Shown: positions 1-11,594, counted from the first letter of the stretch. The stretch is DNA of 64,000 nt from Centroscyllium fabricii (GCA_051313645.2 JBNRSN020000017.1:80476001-80540000), one strand, 5' to 3'. Numbers and translations are program-made. The notes: a model not told the origin generated them from the sequence alone.

Positions 1-533
1 GAGCATAAAAAGTCCGATGTTGGTGGGCTTCCCAAGTGCTCCGCATGGTCCTAGTTGCCCTCCAACCGGCAAACCCGAATTTCTGGCCCAATAAATGCAT
101 AAGAACTGACATGAACGGTCTAACTACCAACCATTGGATTCTGTCCTTGTTTTTGCTCTTGCACATCTGGTTAAGCCCAATGTGTTAGAACAATATTTTT
201 AGTCCAACAGTACCAATATTTCTATATGCTTTACAATTGTAATGCCCTGCACTAGCCATCTGCTCGGGTACACCATTACTGCTCACTTTATAAGCGAAGC
301 GCTCCTCTAAAATATGGAGATTACTTCTACTGTCCAATATCTAGTTAACCCATTGATAGGAACAATAGACCCCTCATTGTGTACTGGATGCTATGATATT
401 GCAATTGCTGCCACATGCCTGTGTTTTTCGACGGAGTGCTCAAACACACTGGTGAGATGAGACTGGTAAAAATGGGTTTATTTTGCATGAAATATATGAA
501 TGAACAGGACAGTTTTATGGTGAGATAGCCCCC

Positions 534-536
<3 letters not shown>

Positions 537-588
<52 letters not shown>
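537..588. repeat. (TC)n microsatellite
   Basis: About 26 uninterrupted TC units; source of the ERERER run in ORF 345..812. Confidence 0.97.
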
Positions 589-592
<4 letters not shown>

Positions 593-760
593 TGTCTCTC
601 TCTGAAGCAAACTTCACAGCAGTTTTGTAAGAGCATAAATTGAAACAAATTCTCCCTTCCAGGTTAAAGTCCCAGAATTTTTTTTGTGCCAATGAATATA
701 GCTTTGTATTGGTCAACTTCAGTGGAACAAGATAGACTAATGTAGGATACTGCATAGGTC

Positions 761-1457
761 CAGGGCCGGCCTTAGGCCAATTGAACCTATTTGACCCAAT
801 GGGGCCCCGCACCCATTACTTGAAAGCCCATACTCAAAAACCCTAACACCTTCAAACCAAACCTGTCTTATTCTTTTGGGCTACAAAAAGGCCCCAATCA
901 ATAATTAGTCTAGGGCTAGAAATGCAGGCATAGAGCAGTCATGCACAACATGACTAATTATAGTAACTTTGAAGGAGATCTGGATCACTTTACTTTCACA
1001 TTGATGCGAAGGTATCATACTGGGCACTGACTTGAGTTTAGCCAGCCCTGTGTGATGTGTAATATCATATTGCTGAGGTTCCACTCTGCTCGCAGCACTT
1101 CGCTTCTTGGTAGATTACAAACTTACGATGCGCACGTGTTCCGACCTCGGAACCCTTCTGTCAGGGGATCGGAAGTGCCGGTTTCGCGCGCATGCACAAA
1201 ACCGGCACTTTGGATGGGCCTACGCGTGAGTACTCGCGCTCACAGCCGAATTTCTGCGCCAAAATGATTTTTGTTTAGTTATTTTTTTAAATTATTTTTC
1301 AGGCTTCATTAAAATGATTAAACCAAAGCGAGCTCGAGACGCTGTTAGGAAATACCTGAGTGGAAATATAAAAAGAAAAATAAGCAAAGCAAAAAAGGCT
1401 GCCGAAGAAAAGCAAAAATGTCCAAATTGGGCCCCGCAATTGCTAATGCCGGCCCTG
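761..1457 (+). mobile_element. Non-autonomous, internally deleted hAT DNA transposon (Tip100-like ends)
   Basis: TIRs CAGGGCCGGC...GCCGGCCCTG; perfect 8-bp TSD CATAGGTC at 753-760 and 1458-1465; short ORF from ATG 1314 (MIKPKRARDAVRKYLSGNIKRKISKAKK...) resembling a basic hAT transposase N-terminus. Confidence 0.85.
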
Positions 1458-1654
1458 CATAGGTCCTAGTATAAGCTATTTTAAAGTGAACTTGAATGCA
1501 AACTGGAATGATGAAGCATGCATTGATGTAATAGTGATTGGGTTACATTGCTGTTGGGTGGGTGTGTTGTGTGCATTGAGGACATTGGGCAGGCTCTAAT
1601 ACCTAAACCTGATCGATTTCTCTCTTCCTCCCATATGTGCGTTCTTTAAGTCAG

Positions 1655-1787
1655 CCTCTCTTTCACCTGATGAAGGGGCAGAAGCTCTGAAAACTTGTGA
1701 TTTAAAATAAAACTGTTGGACTATAGCCTGGTGTTGTGTGACTTCTTGCATTTGTCCACCCCAGTCCAACACCGGCACCTCCACATC
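1655..1787 (+). mobile_element. Penelope-like retroelement terminal fragment with minimal hammerhead ribozyme motif (1663-1700)
   Basis: TCAC-CTGATGA-A-GGGGC AGAA GCTCT-GAAA-AC-TT-GTGA, followed by AATAAA; the same family occurs at 17508-17700. Confidence 0.7.
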
Positions 1788-2020
1788 ATGGATTTTTTGT
1801 GCAATGACTGGTTTATTTTAACTAAAACTACATTAAAAAAATACTAATCAACAGTTACCAATTCTGCATGGTATTTGCTTCCTTGTAAAACACTGACAAC
1901 ACCTTGATCTAACTAGATCTGCTTCCAAACTCTTGTTCCTCTTATATGTGGTATTTAAGAGAAATGATATGGGCTTGTATTTATATTTGCTATCTTGTCA
2001 GGAAACTACTTCAGATTCTC

Positions 2021-2446
2021 GGACTGGATGGTGATGATATAGATTAGACATTGATCTTTGGAACCTGGGTTGGAATCCAGTCCTGGTGATATTCGAGCCT
2101 CCTCTGATGCTAGGCTATAAGGGTCCTGTGAAGTGAGTTTGCAAGGTCTGTCAAGTTCCTTGCGCATTTAGTGTCCCAATTCAGTACCAATTAGCATTAA
2201 AATCTCCAGTCACTCCAGAGTAATGATCAATAAAGCAAACGCCCTCACCAACATCTGTCTTGTCAAATTGGCTGTGTCATTTAAAGGCCCCAGAATGGGT
2301 GGTGTGGGAAACAGAAAATTGTTGGATTGTTTTAAATGGGGATGCTGTTCCTTATTGGAACACATTGTTAATAAAGACTAAACAAAGTTTTACTCTGCAT
2401 TTAACAATGCTGTACCTGACCGGGGGGTTCCTGCTGATGGCAAGTA
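2021..2446 (+). mobile_element. Old, degraded LF-SINE-like element, interrupted at its 3' end by a MITE
   Basis: Collinear blocks resembling the LF-SINE consensus as I recall it: GGACTGGATGG, GGTTGGAATCCAGTCCTGGT (B-box-like), CCTGTGAAGTGAGTT, AATTCAGTACCAATTAGCA, GTGTGGGAAAC, ATGCTGTACCTG. Confidence 0.5.
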
Positions 2447-2979
2447 CAGGTTGAGCACTGGTAATCCGGCACCCGATGGTCTGGCACCTTCAATGGTTCG
2501 GCACGAATCGAAACCGGCTGTCTTCAGTTTGCGGATCAGTCGCTCAGTGGCGCCACCATTTCCCGCGAAAGGTGGGCGAGCGCCGACTGCGTCGGGCGCT
2601 TGGGTTTCTGCTTTTCAGTGTTCTATCCCCGGGCTCCCTCCCAGGGAGTGTTCTACCCATGCGCTCCGGGCCCCGCGAAGTGTTCTACCCATGTGCTGCG
2701 GGCCCTGGGGAGTGTTCTACCCATGTGCTGCGGGCCCTGGGGAGTGTTCTACCCGCGCGCTCCAGGCTCCGGGGAGTGTTCTACCCCCGAACCTTCAGTG
2801 GTTCAGAATTTTCAATGGTCCGGCACCAGCCTGGTCCCGAGGGTGCCGGATTCATAGAATCATAGAATCCCTACAGTGCAGATAGAGGCCATTTCGGCCC
2901 ATCGAGCTTGCACCGACACATATCCCACCCTATCCCCGCAACCCCACATATTTAGAATCATAACCCCGTGCTCAACCTG
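2447..2979. mobile_element. Tc1/mariner (pogo/Tigger-like) MITE, family A, with internal ~32-bp minisatellite and nested SINE tail (~2853-2960)
   Basis: TA|CAGGTTGAGCAC...GTGCTCAACCTG|TA; six AGTGTTCTA(C/T)CC cores; homologous to 11247-11594 in reverse orientation. Confidence 0.9.
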
Positions 2980-3044
2980 TATCTGAAATGAGAAATGTTT
3001 GGTTCCCTAAGTAGCGCAAAATTCAGAAAAAGAAAAGTAATATA

Positions 3045-3550
3045 TTGACTATTAAAACGCTCTCCTGGCTGGCTTCCCATCTTCCACCCTCCAGAAACTT
3101 CAGCCCATCCAAAGCTCTGCTGCTGGTATCCTAACACTCACCAAGTCCCGTTCACCCATCACCCCTGTGCTCGCTACATTGGCTCCCGGACAACCAATGC
3201 CTCAATTTAAAAATTCTCCTCCTAGTATTCCGATCCCTCCATGGCCTTGCCCTCCCTATCTCTGCAATCTCCTCTAGCCCTACAACTCTCTGAAAACTCT
3301 AGGTTCCTCCAATTCTGGCCTCTTGTGCATCCCCCACTTCCTGCACCCCACCATTGGGGAAGTGCCTTCAACCGTCTAGGCCCTAAGTTCTGTAATTCAC
3401 CCCAAAACTCATTGCCTCTCCTCCTTTAAGACACTGCTTAAAACCTACCTCTCTCTTTGACCAAGCATTTGGTCACCCGTCCTAATGCTTCCTCATTTGG
3501 CTATGTGGAAAATAATTGTCTTAAAGACACTATATAATTGCAAGTTGTTA
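3045..3550 (+). mobile_element. L2-clade LINE 3' fragment
   Basis: Degenerate L2 ORF2 C-terminal region (CCCATCACCCCTGTGCTC...CATTGGCTCCC), AAAACCTACCTCT and a CTATATAATTGCAAGTTGTT tail; same family at 35660-36297 and 30441-30720. Confidence 0.8.
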
Positions 3551-3627
3551 CCACTTTAGATTTACTTTCTAATACAGTTCTTTACAGGATAGGTTAGAGC
3601 CAGGATCACTGGTTCAGAAATTAAATA

Positions 3628-4065
3628 CAGGTTGAGCACCGTTATACCGGCACGGGTGGGACCAGGCCCACGCCGGTAGAGCGAAAAAACCGGTAGAACG
3701 AAGCCGGCCATTGCGCGCACCATTCAAAATGGCTGCGCGCATGCGCACAACATTGGAAATGGCCGCCGAACGTCCTTGCTGAGTCTCAGCTGCGGTTTGT
3801 GCCTCCTGATGGCGGCCTGCAGGCTGCTCCGGGGAACTGCGCGCTTCACCATGGCGGGCGCTCGGGACTCGCACATTCAAAAGGTGGCGCGAACCGCCGC
3901 GCCCTGATGTCACGGAAGGCCCGGCTTGTCTGGTGGCCATTTTGAATTACCTACGCATGCGCAGATCATTCGGCGAAGCATCGATCGCAGAGCAGTCGGG
4001 GCGATTTATACCGGACCACTGAAGTTGCCGGCGTTTCGGGTAACGGATTAACGGTGCTCAACCTG
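3628..4065. mobile_element. Tigger-like MITE, family B, CpG-rich cargo
   Basis: TA|CAGGTTGAGCACCGTTA...TAACGGTGCTCAACCTG|TA; inverted close relative at 55847-56568. Confidence 0.9.
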
Positions 4066-5132
4066 TACATTGTTTTTATTATCTGGAGTTGCCCAGCAAA
4101 CAGGAGAATTTCACACAGGATGGATTAGATTTGAATGCAGGTCCCAGAGGTGAAAGGTCAGCTTCCAACCTACTGTCCGAATGAGTCCTTCAATTTTGTA
4201 TTTCTCAACTGCTGTTAGTAACAAATCTTGAATCCAAATCCTGGAACTCTTCACTTTACCTCGTTAATACTGTGAATAATTTTAATAAAAGCATGGGGGT
4301 GCTTAGAGCATAATAATGACATGAGGTTGATGGTTGGTTCAGTCACCCTGCCATTTTCCATGTGTTTTGTGTCTCCAAGTAATGAATTTATGATGTCATG
4401 TGTAATGCATTGTTTAAAAAATAAAAGTACAAGTATTTGAGCATTTTGTGGAGTCAGAAAGGAATCATGCCTGTATGTACTTAAAATGATTTGCTCCTGC
4501 TGTTAATTTTTATTGAGAAATGATGGAATGCATACGTTACCATGACTGAAGAAGACCACCTAACAACTCGTGTGCCAAAAGGAATTTGGATTGTGCAAAG
4601 CAGGTCTTATTCATGACTTGATCTAGATATTTGTGAAATTTTCTATTCTTTGTAAGATTTTTTTTTAATGTTTTATATAAATATATTTCTAAATACAAAT
4701 AAAAATGCAATAAAAGTTTTTTAATGTGAAGAATATGTACTTAAGACCTGTCATTATGTATTGCATTATCACTGATCCTAGTAATATACCTACAGTACTT
4801 TTGCAGTAGTTAGTATTGCCCAGTTCTTTCTATAAGGTAATAACTGGACAGAAATATGTTAATGACTGGACAGAAATGTAACATTCAAGAATAAGATAAT
4901 TGATGAATGGAAATAACTTGCTGTAAATTGGAGACACTCTTATCCTCACCCCTTCCCAAATAATGCAGCTCAACTTTAGCAAGCAAAGAAGCCAGCATTA
5001 GTTTTTTTTGTAGAATGTCCAACAGTGTTTGGCAAGAAGCCTACTGATCCGACATTAACAGGTACAGTGGTAGCTGTGGAAATTTGCTGTGTTGCAATTA
5101 TTTCTAAAAGGTTTTTGTTTTCTCTGCTTTAG

Positions 5133-5165
5133 GGGTTCAGCTAAGCGTCTGTGGAAAAGAGCAAA
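5133..5165 (+). CDS. MAP2K4: MAP2K4 alternative 33-nt cassette microexon, (G)VQLSVCGKEQ(I)
   Basis: tctctgctttAG|GG GTT CAG CTA AGC GTC TGT GGA AAA GAG CAA A|GTAAGC; 33 nt, phase 1-1, which fits exon 2; peptide aligns to the mammalian MAP2K4 isoform insert (G)FQINFCEKAQ(S) as recalled. Confidence 0.85.
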
Positions 5166-6020
5166 GTAAGCTCCTATTTCATGGTACTGTATTCTGAAAC
5201 TTGCTTCTGACTCTGATAACTGGGTAGTGGGAACCTGTCTGCTGCCATTCCAACTAACAGTCTGTGGAACTTTGGTCTAGCAAATACCATTTCTTTTCTG
5301 TGACGCAAATACTCTAGCCCTCTTCTACACTGTGCCGACATACATAGAGATTGGCAGAATTTCAGTGCAAAGTGCAAGTTCAGTCAGTATTTTCCTGACA
5401 TTGGCTTTATGTGAAATTGTGTACCAGTAACCATTGGAACTTTGTCCTTTTGTTGGATTTCTTGGCAGATGGAGATTATTAGCATTTACTTATTTAATTC
5501 TGAAATGTGTAATTTTCAGTGTTTCAGGGCTGAAACAAAGAAACATTAGTTTTGTAACAGTAGAACCATGGAATTATTCCACACAAGGTCTGTTGTTACA
5601 AGAGTTCTGTGTTTTTCAAAAGCATTAAAGGCCTGATCAGCCAACAATGGAATTACCAATGTCCCAGGGTAATTAGTTTGTTTCGCTTTGGAATGCCCAC
5701 AAATAACTGCTTGATCTGTGTGCAATGTACAAGACAATTCAACTCCAGCAAGTGTTTACAACATCTGAGTTTTGTTCAGATGAAATTCAACCTGAAACCC
5801 CCAGTTAATTTTTCACACCAGTGATCAGACTGCAATATAAATAAGGTGGTTCTGCCACCACCATCTCCTCAAGATGGTGTTTGGCTACTGCTGCTGAGAT
5901 GGCAACAGATGCAAACAACTGAGGTACAGCTACTTCTCTTAATGAAGCTGTGGGCTAGTCTGAGCACTCCGACCAGTAGTGGAATATTTGCAGCAGCCAA
6001 TGGGGAAAGCTGAAATGAAT

Positions 6021-6342
6021 CATAGAATAGAATCATAGAATCTCTACAGTGCAGATAGAGGCCATTTCGGCCCATCGAGCCTGCACCGACACATATCCCA
6101 CCCTATCCCCGTAACCCCACATATTTAATCCCCCTAACACTAAGGGTCAATTTATCCTTGCCAATCAACCTAACCCGCACATCTTTGGACTGTGGGCGGA
6201 AACCGGAGCACCCGGAGGAAACCCACGCAGACACGGGGAGAATGCGCAAACTCCACACAGATAGTCACCCGAGGCCGGATTTGAACCTGGGTCTCTAGCG
6301 CTGTGAGGCAACAGTGCTAACCACTATGCCACCGTGCCACCC
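6021..6342 (-). mobile_element. V-domain tRNA-derived SINE (HE1-like), type 1 head, short tail A, full length
   Basis: A/B boxes, V-domain GTGGAGTTTGC..TTCTCCCCGTGTCTGCGTGGGTTTCCTCCGGGTGCTCCGGTTTCC, (ATTCTATG)n tail; TSD AATGAAT at 6014-6020 and 6343-6349. Confidence 0.9.
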
Positions 6343-6631
6343 AATGAATGCTGTGATACAACTTTAAACATATTAAACAAATTAACAACTAGAGACACGT
6401 AACCTGGGCACAAACCAATTACGTGGCTTTAAAATTCGTGAAATTTAGGGCGTTCGTTAGTTAATGCGCAAAACTACAATACACCCAAGTCGCCTCGATC
6501 TTCTACATCCGACTATCAAACCCTTCATCCGAACGAATCTCCACCCACAAAACTGGCCATGTCCCCAACTCTCAAATGCAAGTATCCCCCATGCTGTTTT
6601 TTCAGGGGGGTGGGGTTGTGGGCGAGGTCTA

Positions 6632-7908
6632 CATAAGAACATAAGAAATAGGAGCAGGAGTAGGCCAATCAGCCCTTCAAGCCCGCTCTGCCATTCAACA
6701 AGATCATATCTGATCCTAACCTCAAATCTACTTTCACTCTCCATCCTGCCCGAACCCATGTGATCTCCCGGGAGAAGCGAAAAACCAGATAAAAATCCCA
6801 GTGGCCACTTTGGGAGAAAAAATCTGGGAAATTCCTCTCCGACCCATCTCGGCGATTGAAACTTTTCCAGGAGATCACATGGCCAATCTAAACCTAGCCT
6901 TACGTCCACTTACCTGCCCGCTCACCGTAACCCCTAATTCCCTTTACTTCTAGGAAACTGTCTATCTCTGTTTTAAATTTATTCAATGTAGTAGCTTCCA
7001 CAGCTCTCTGGGACAGCAAATTTCACAGACCCACCACCCTCTGAGTGAAGAAGTTTCTCCTCATCTCAGTTTTGGAATGGCAGCCCCTTATTTTAAGATT
7101 ATACCCCCTAGTTCTGGTTTCACCCACCATTGGGAACATCCTCACCGCATCCACCCGATCAAGCCCCTTCACAATCTTATATGTTTCAATAAGACCGCCT
7201 CTCACTCTTCTGAACTCCAATGAGTAGAGGCCCAATCTACTCAACCTCTCGTCATATGTCAGCCCCCTCATCCCTGGCATTAACCGAATGAACCACCTTT
7301 GTACGGCCTTGAGAGCAAGTATGTCTTTTCTTAAATATGGACACCAGAACTGCACGCAGTATTCCAGGTGTGGTCTCACCAACACCCTGTACAACTGCAG
7401 CAAGACCTCCCTGCTTTTATACTCCATCCCCTTAGCAATAAAAGCCACCATTCTGTTGGCCTTCCTAACCACCTGCTGCACCTGCATACTAACTTTTTGT
7501 GTTTCCTGCACCATGACCCCCAGATCCCTTTGCACTGAAGTACTTTCCAGTTTCTTTCCATTTTAGATAACAACTCGCTCTATTATTTTTCCTGCCAAAG
7601 TACATAACTTCACACTTTCCAGTATTATATTCCATCTGCCAAATCTATGTCCTTTTGCAGGTTTTTAATGTCCTCCTCACTCATCACACTCCCTCTCATC
7701 TTTGTATCGTCGGCAAACTTTGATATGTTGCACTTGGTCCCTTCAAATCATTAATATAGATTGTAAAGAGTTGGGGTCCCAGCACCGACCCTTGCGGAAC
7801 ACCACTAGTCACTGATTGCCAGTCTGAGAATTAACCATTTATCCCAACTCTCTGCTTTCTGTTAGAAAGCCAATCCTCCACCCGTGCCAGAATATTACCC
7901 CCAATCCC
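6632..7908 (-). mobile_element. 5'-truncated CR1 LINE (RT C-terminus plus 3' UTR with structured insert)
   Basis: ORF 7023..7535 (RDLGV...LVRPHLEYCVQFW...ERLSRLGLYSLE) is typical CR1 ORF2; 8-nt terminal repeat (TTCTTATG)n. Confidence 0.92.
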
Positions 7909-8117
7909 GTGATTTTTTTTTTGTCTCTTAACATTGCAACTGGATTTTTTGTGTTTTTTAAACTGTCCTCCTCGGCACCTGCCCTGCATTCTCTGTTTCT
8001 TCCAGTAGATTTTTATTGTACAGGGTATGTGGATAAGTCACATCACAAATTGAAAAGCTTCCCCGATTGCAGATTCCTAAACATGCTGAGCCTGATGTGC
8101 AACAATGATGGTTAAAT

Positions 8118-8592
8118 GGGGAGGTGGTGGCATAGTGGTTATGTCACTGGACTAGTAAGCCAGAGGCTCAGTCAAATGCTCTGAGGATATGGGTTCAAAT
8201 CCCACCACGGCAGCTGGTGGAATTTAAATTCAATTCAATTTAATTCTGGAATTAAATGTTAGTCTTAGTAATGGCGACCATGATACCATTGTCGATTGTT
8301 GCAAAAACCCATCTGGTTCACTGATGTCCTTTTAGGGAAGGAAATTTGCCGTCCTTACCTGGTCTGGCCTACATGTGACCCCAGACCCACAGCAATGTGG
8401 TTGACTCTTAATGCCCTCTGAAATGGCCTAGCAAGCCACTCAGTTGTAAACAACCGCTACAAAAAGCAATAAGACTGCAGCAGTTCAAGAAGGCTGCTCA
8501 CCACCATCTTCTCGAGGGCAATTAGGGATGGGCACTAAATGCAGGCCTAGCCAGCCAGCGATGCCCACATCCCATCAATGAATAAAAAAAAA
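8118..8592 (+). mobile_element. Full-length tRNA-headed SINE sharing head and tail with the LINE at 37797-40850
   Basis: A box TGGCATAGTGG, B box GGTTCAAATCC (8192-8202), body AAAAACCCATCTGGTTCACT...CAGACCCACAGC, tail GACTGCAGCAGTTCAAGAAGG...GCCCACATCCCA plus poly(A). Confidence 0.88.
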
Positions 8593-10097
8593 TGTTTTTT
8601 TAAATGAGCTGGAACTTAAATTTTCATACTTAAAGAATAAATTTATGGTGTGGATTTGGTGCTTTGTTGACTTCCGATTGTTTGCTCTGATTTACGCCCA
8701 TTTTATGTTCAAGCGTATTCTAATGAGATTGGGAGGATAATTGAGCCTAACGTGACCTCGCCAAATTGGGTGCATTTTTGGGTCTGATGTCTTAGGAGGA
8801 AACTCCAGGCCGTAGGTTTTGTTGATTACAACCTTACCGCCCTACCACCCCCACACACATCACTCTTCACTTCTGTCCTGATGATTAAAATTGCACAATG
8901 TTTCTAATGTTAGAGTAGTTGTCACATTATACCCTAGAGGCTTTGCAGCTATTGGTGTAATTGTGATGAAAGTACTGTATAGTTAAATGCAAAATAATTT
9001 CTCAAATCATGCCAGTTTACAGGTATTCTGATCTGCAGCCAGAAAACCATTTTATGTGGTTGTAAATGCAAATCTTATGCACGTTTTATCGCAGAATAAA
9101 TATATGAAAATATATAGGGCTAGCTCTTACTGAACCCTCCGGCAGGGTGTAAAACGTGTGGCTTGGTCCCATCATTTTTTGCCAGATGGATTAGGTGACA
9201 ATTATCCTATTGATGCTCATTTCACTAGTCTATGTTGTAAACCGCATATTACTGTTGGGCGGTTTCCTGTTCTCTCTCTCTTTATTTTTATATATATAAT
9301 ATTTTACATTGACTTCAACATTATGTTCATGGAGAAAGTTGAAATTTGAAGCATACCATCGAAGCTTGATTTTAGAAATGTAATCTGGTCTGGTCCTAGT
9401 GAGCTATTACATGGAGACTTCTAACATCATTTATGCACATATCTAATTCATCTTTGCAATAAAATGGTAATGGCTGGTGACGGGTTTCTGTTTCTTGCTC
9501 TGTTTTGTCTTCTGTTTTTCTCTCCTTCCCCAAGTAAGACTGGGTTTGAAAGGTTGTGCTCTGGTGATGGAGGTGATTGATGACTTCAGGCTTGTGCATA
9601 ATGCTGGCTACTGTACTACCTAAACTTCAGGCAGCAGTTCTTGGTGAATCACTGCTAAATGGGTGAGAGAGGTACATCTATGCAGGATACTGATTGGTGG
9701 CTTGCAATCAACAGTTTATTTTTCTAAATGTATTCTTTTAACTGCATTAAATTTGCCGCATGCTGATTTTTGCCATTTAGGTCAACTTGTCTGCACAATG
9801 TGTTGTAACTTTTAAAATGGCAGTTGCATCAGAGAAAATACTTAACCTGTAGCAACTTCTCCAGAGATGATTAACGAAACCTTGGTTTGAGCTGAATTTT
9901 ATGCCCTGCTAAAGCAACAGTTCACAGGAAACGATTGGTTAAAAGATTCAGACCCCTGATTAAAATTTTACTTTCAAAGAAGATTAGTATGGCTAAAAAT
10001 GTATTGACGCCAAGGTGGTTCACACTAACAAGTTAGGCAAGAACTGAAATGATTTTTTTTTCATAAATTTAGTTACTAGTTTTCTCCACTCTGGATA

Positions 10098-10630
10098 TTA
10101 TAAGAACATAAGAAGTAGGAGCAGGAGTCGGCCATACGGCCCCTCGGGCCTGCTCCGCCATTCATAGAATCCCTACAGTGCAGATAGAGGCCATTTCGGC
10201 CCATCGAGTCTGCACCGACACACATCCCACCCTATCCCCATAACCCCACATATTCAATCGCCCTAACACTAAGGGTCAATTTATCCTGGCCAATCAACCT
10301 AACCCGCACATCTTTGGACTGTTGGAGGAAACCGGAGCACCCAGAGGAAACCCACGCAGACACGGGGAGAATGTGCAAACTCCACACAGATAGTACCCGA
10401 GGCTGGATTTGAACCCGGGCTCCGAGCGCTGTGAGGCAACAGTGCGAACCACTATGCCACCGTGCCGCCCTATAGGATCATGGCTGATCTGAACTTAGAC
10501 TCAAGTCCACTTCCCTGCCCGTAACCCCTTATTCCCTTATCAGCTAGGAAGCTGTCACTTTCCAATTTAAATTTATTTAATGTCCCACCTTCTCACCGCC
10601 CTCTGAAGAAATTCCTCCTCATCTCAGTTT
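10098..10630 (-). mobile_element. CR1 3' end with nested full-length V-SINE (~10163-10470)
   Basis: CR1 tail (ATAAGAAC)n...CCGCCATTCA is split by a V-SINE and resumes at TAGGATCATGGCTGATC. Confidence 0.85.
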
Positions 10631-11246
10631 TGATGCAGTGGACAGCTCAGTGCAATTCCTGCCTCTTTCAGTAAGGTCTGTGTTTCCGCCCCCTCTTCCC
10701 GCAACCCCCCCCCCCCCAAATTTGTGGTGCAAAATTAGATGGATTAGCCCATTGTGAGCTGTAAGTGACTGTCGGTGGTTGGAATTTATGTAAACCGACC
10801 TTGTGACAATTGTCTGCATTTACAGTCTTTGTACACAGTTTATCTAAAGCCAAAACAAAAAAAATTGTCTGCAATGTTCTAAACTTCTTGAAATTGAATA
10901 TAAACATTTCTAATGTAACCAATGCTTGGTGAATTGTTTATGTATTAATTTATTTTGGCTGGTTTATGTTTTGATTACAGATAGGCAGATGGCTGTCTAA
11001 TGACGATTAACTGATTTCTTTCACACCTTACTAAAAGAGGAATTTCACCACTGAATAATGCGGAGTAAAATTGGGGTTTGAATCATTGTGCTGAAAATAA
11101 GTCCGCTGACTTTGCAAATGTTTTGTGCTAACTTGGGTCTGTATTTTGAGGGTTGAATCTGCCATTTCCACAGGTTAATGGCCACAGGACAGTCCAAAAG
11201 CAGTATATTTGTGTCCCCTCAAACCTAGTTTATGCTTACAATACTA

Positions 11247-11594
11247 CAGGTTGAGCACCGTTAATCCGGCACCCTCGGGACTAGGCCAGTGCTGGACTAC
11301 TGAAAATTCCAAACCATTGAAGGTTCGGGGGGAGCGCGTGGGTAGAACACTCCCCGGGGCCCGGAGCGCGCGGGGTAGAACACTCACCGGGAGGGAGCCC
11401 GGGGATAGAACACTTACAAAACCTAAAAACCAGAAACCCAAACGCCCGATGCCTTGGGCGCTCGCTCACCCTTCGCGGGAAACGGTGGTGCCGCCAAGCG
11501 GCTGCTCCGCAAAATGAAGAGCGCCGGTTTCCAATCGTGCCGGACCACTGAAGCTCCTGGACCATCAGGTGCCGGATTACCAGTGCTCAACCTG
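11247..11594. mobile_element. Tigger-like MITE, family A
   Basis: TA|CAGGTTGAGCACCG...GTGCTCAACCTG|TA; three GG(G/A)TAGAACACT cores. Confidence 0.9.

Noticed and set aside
345-812. 155-aa ORF with ERERER run
   Set aside because: Artefact of the (TC)n microsatellite and the hAT end; no gene features.
1-5132. MAP2K4 exon 1/promoter at the CpG-rich patches
   Set aside because: All CpG-rich patches are bounded by TIRs and TSDs; no MAAPS-like exon with a phase-1 donor was seen, so exon 1 is probably upstream of the window.
5109-5132. Upstream alternative acceptor (AAAAG|GTTTT) for the microexon
   Set aside because: Weak pyrimidine tract and would add 22 nt, causing a frameshift.
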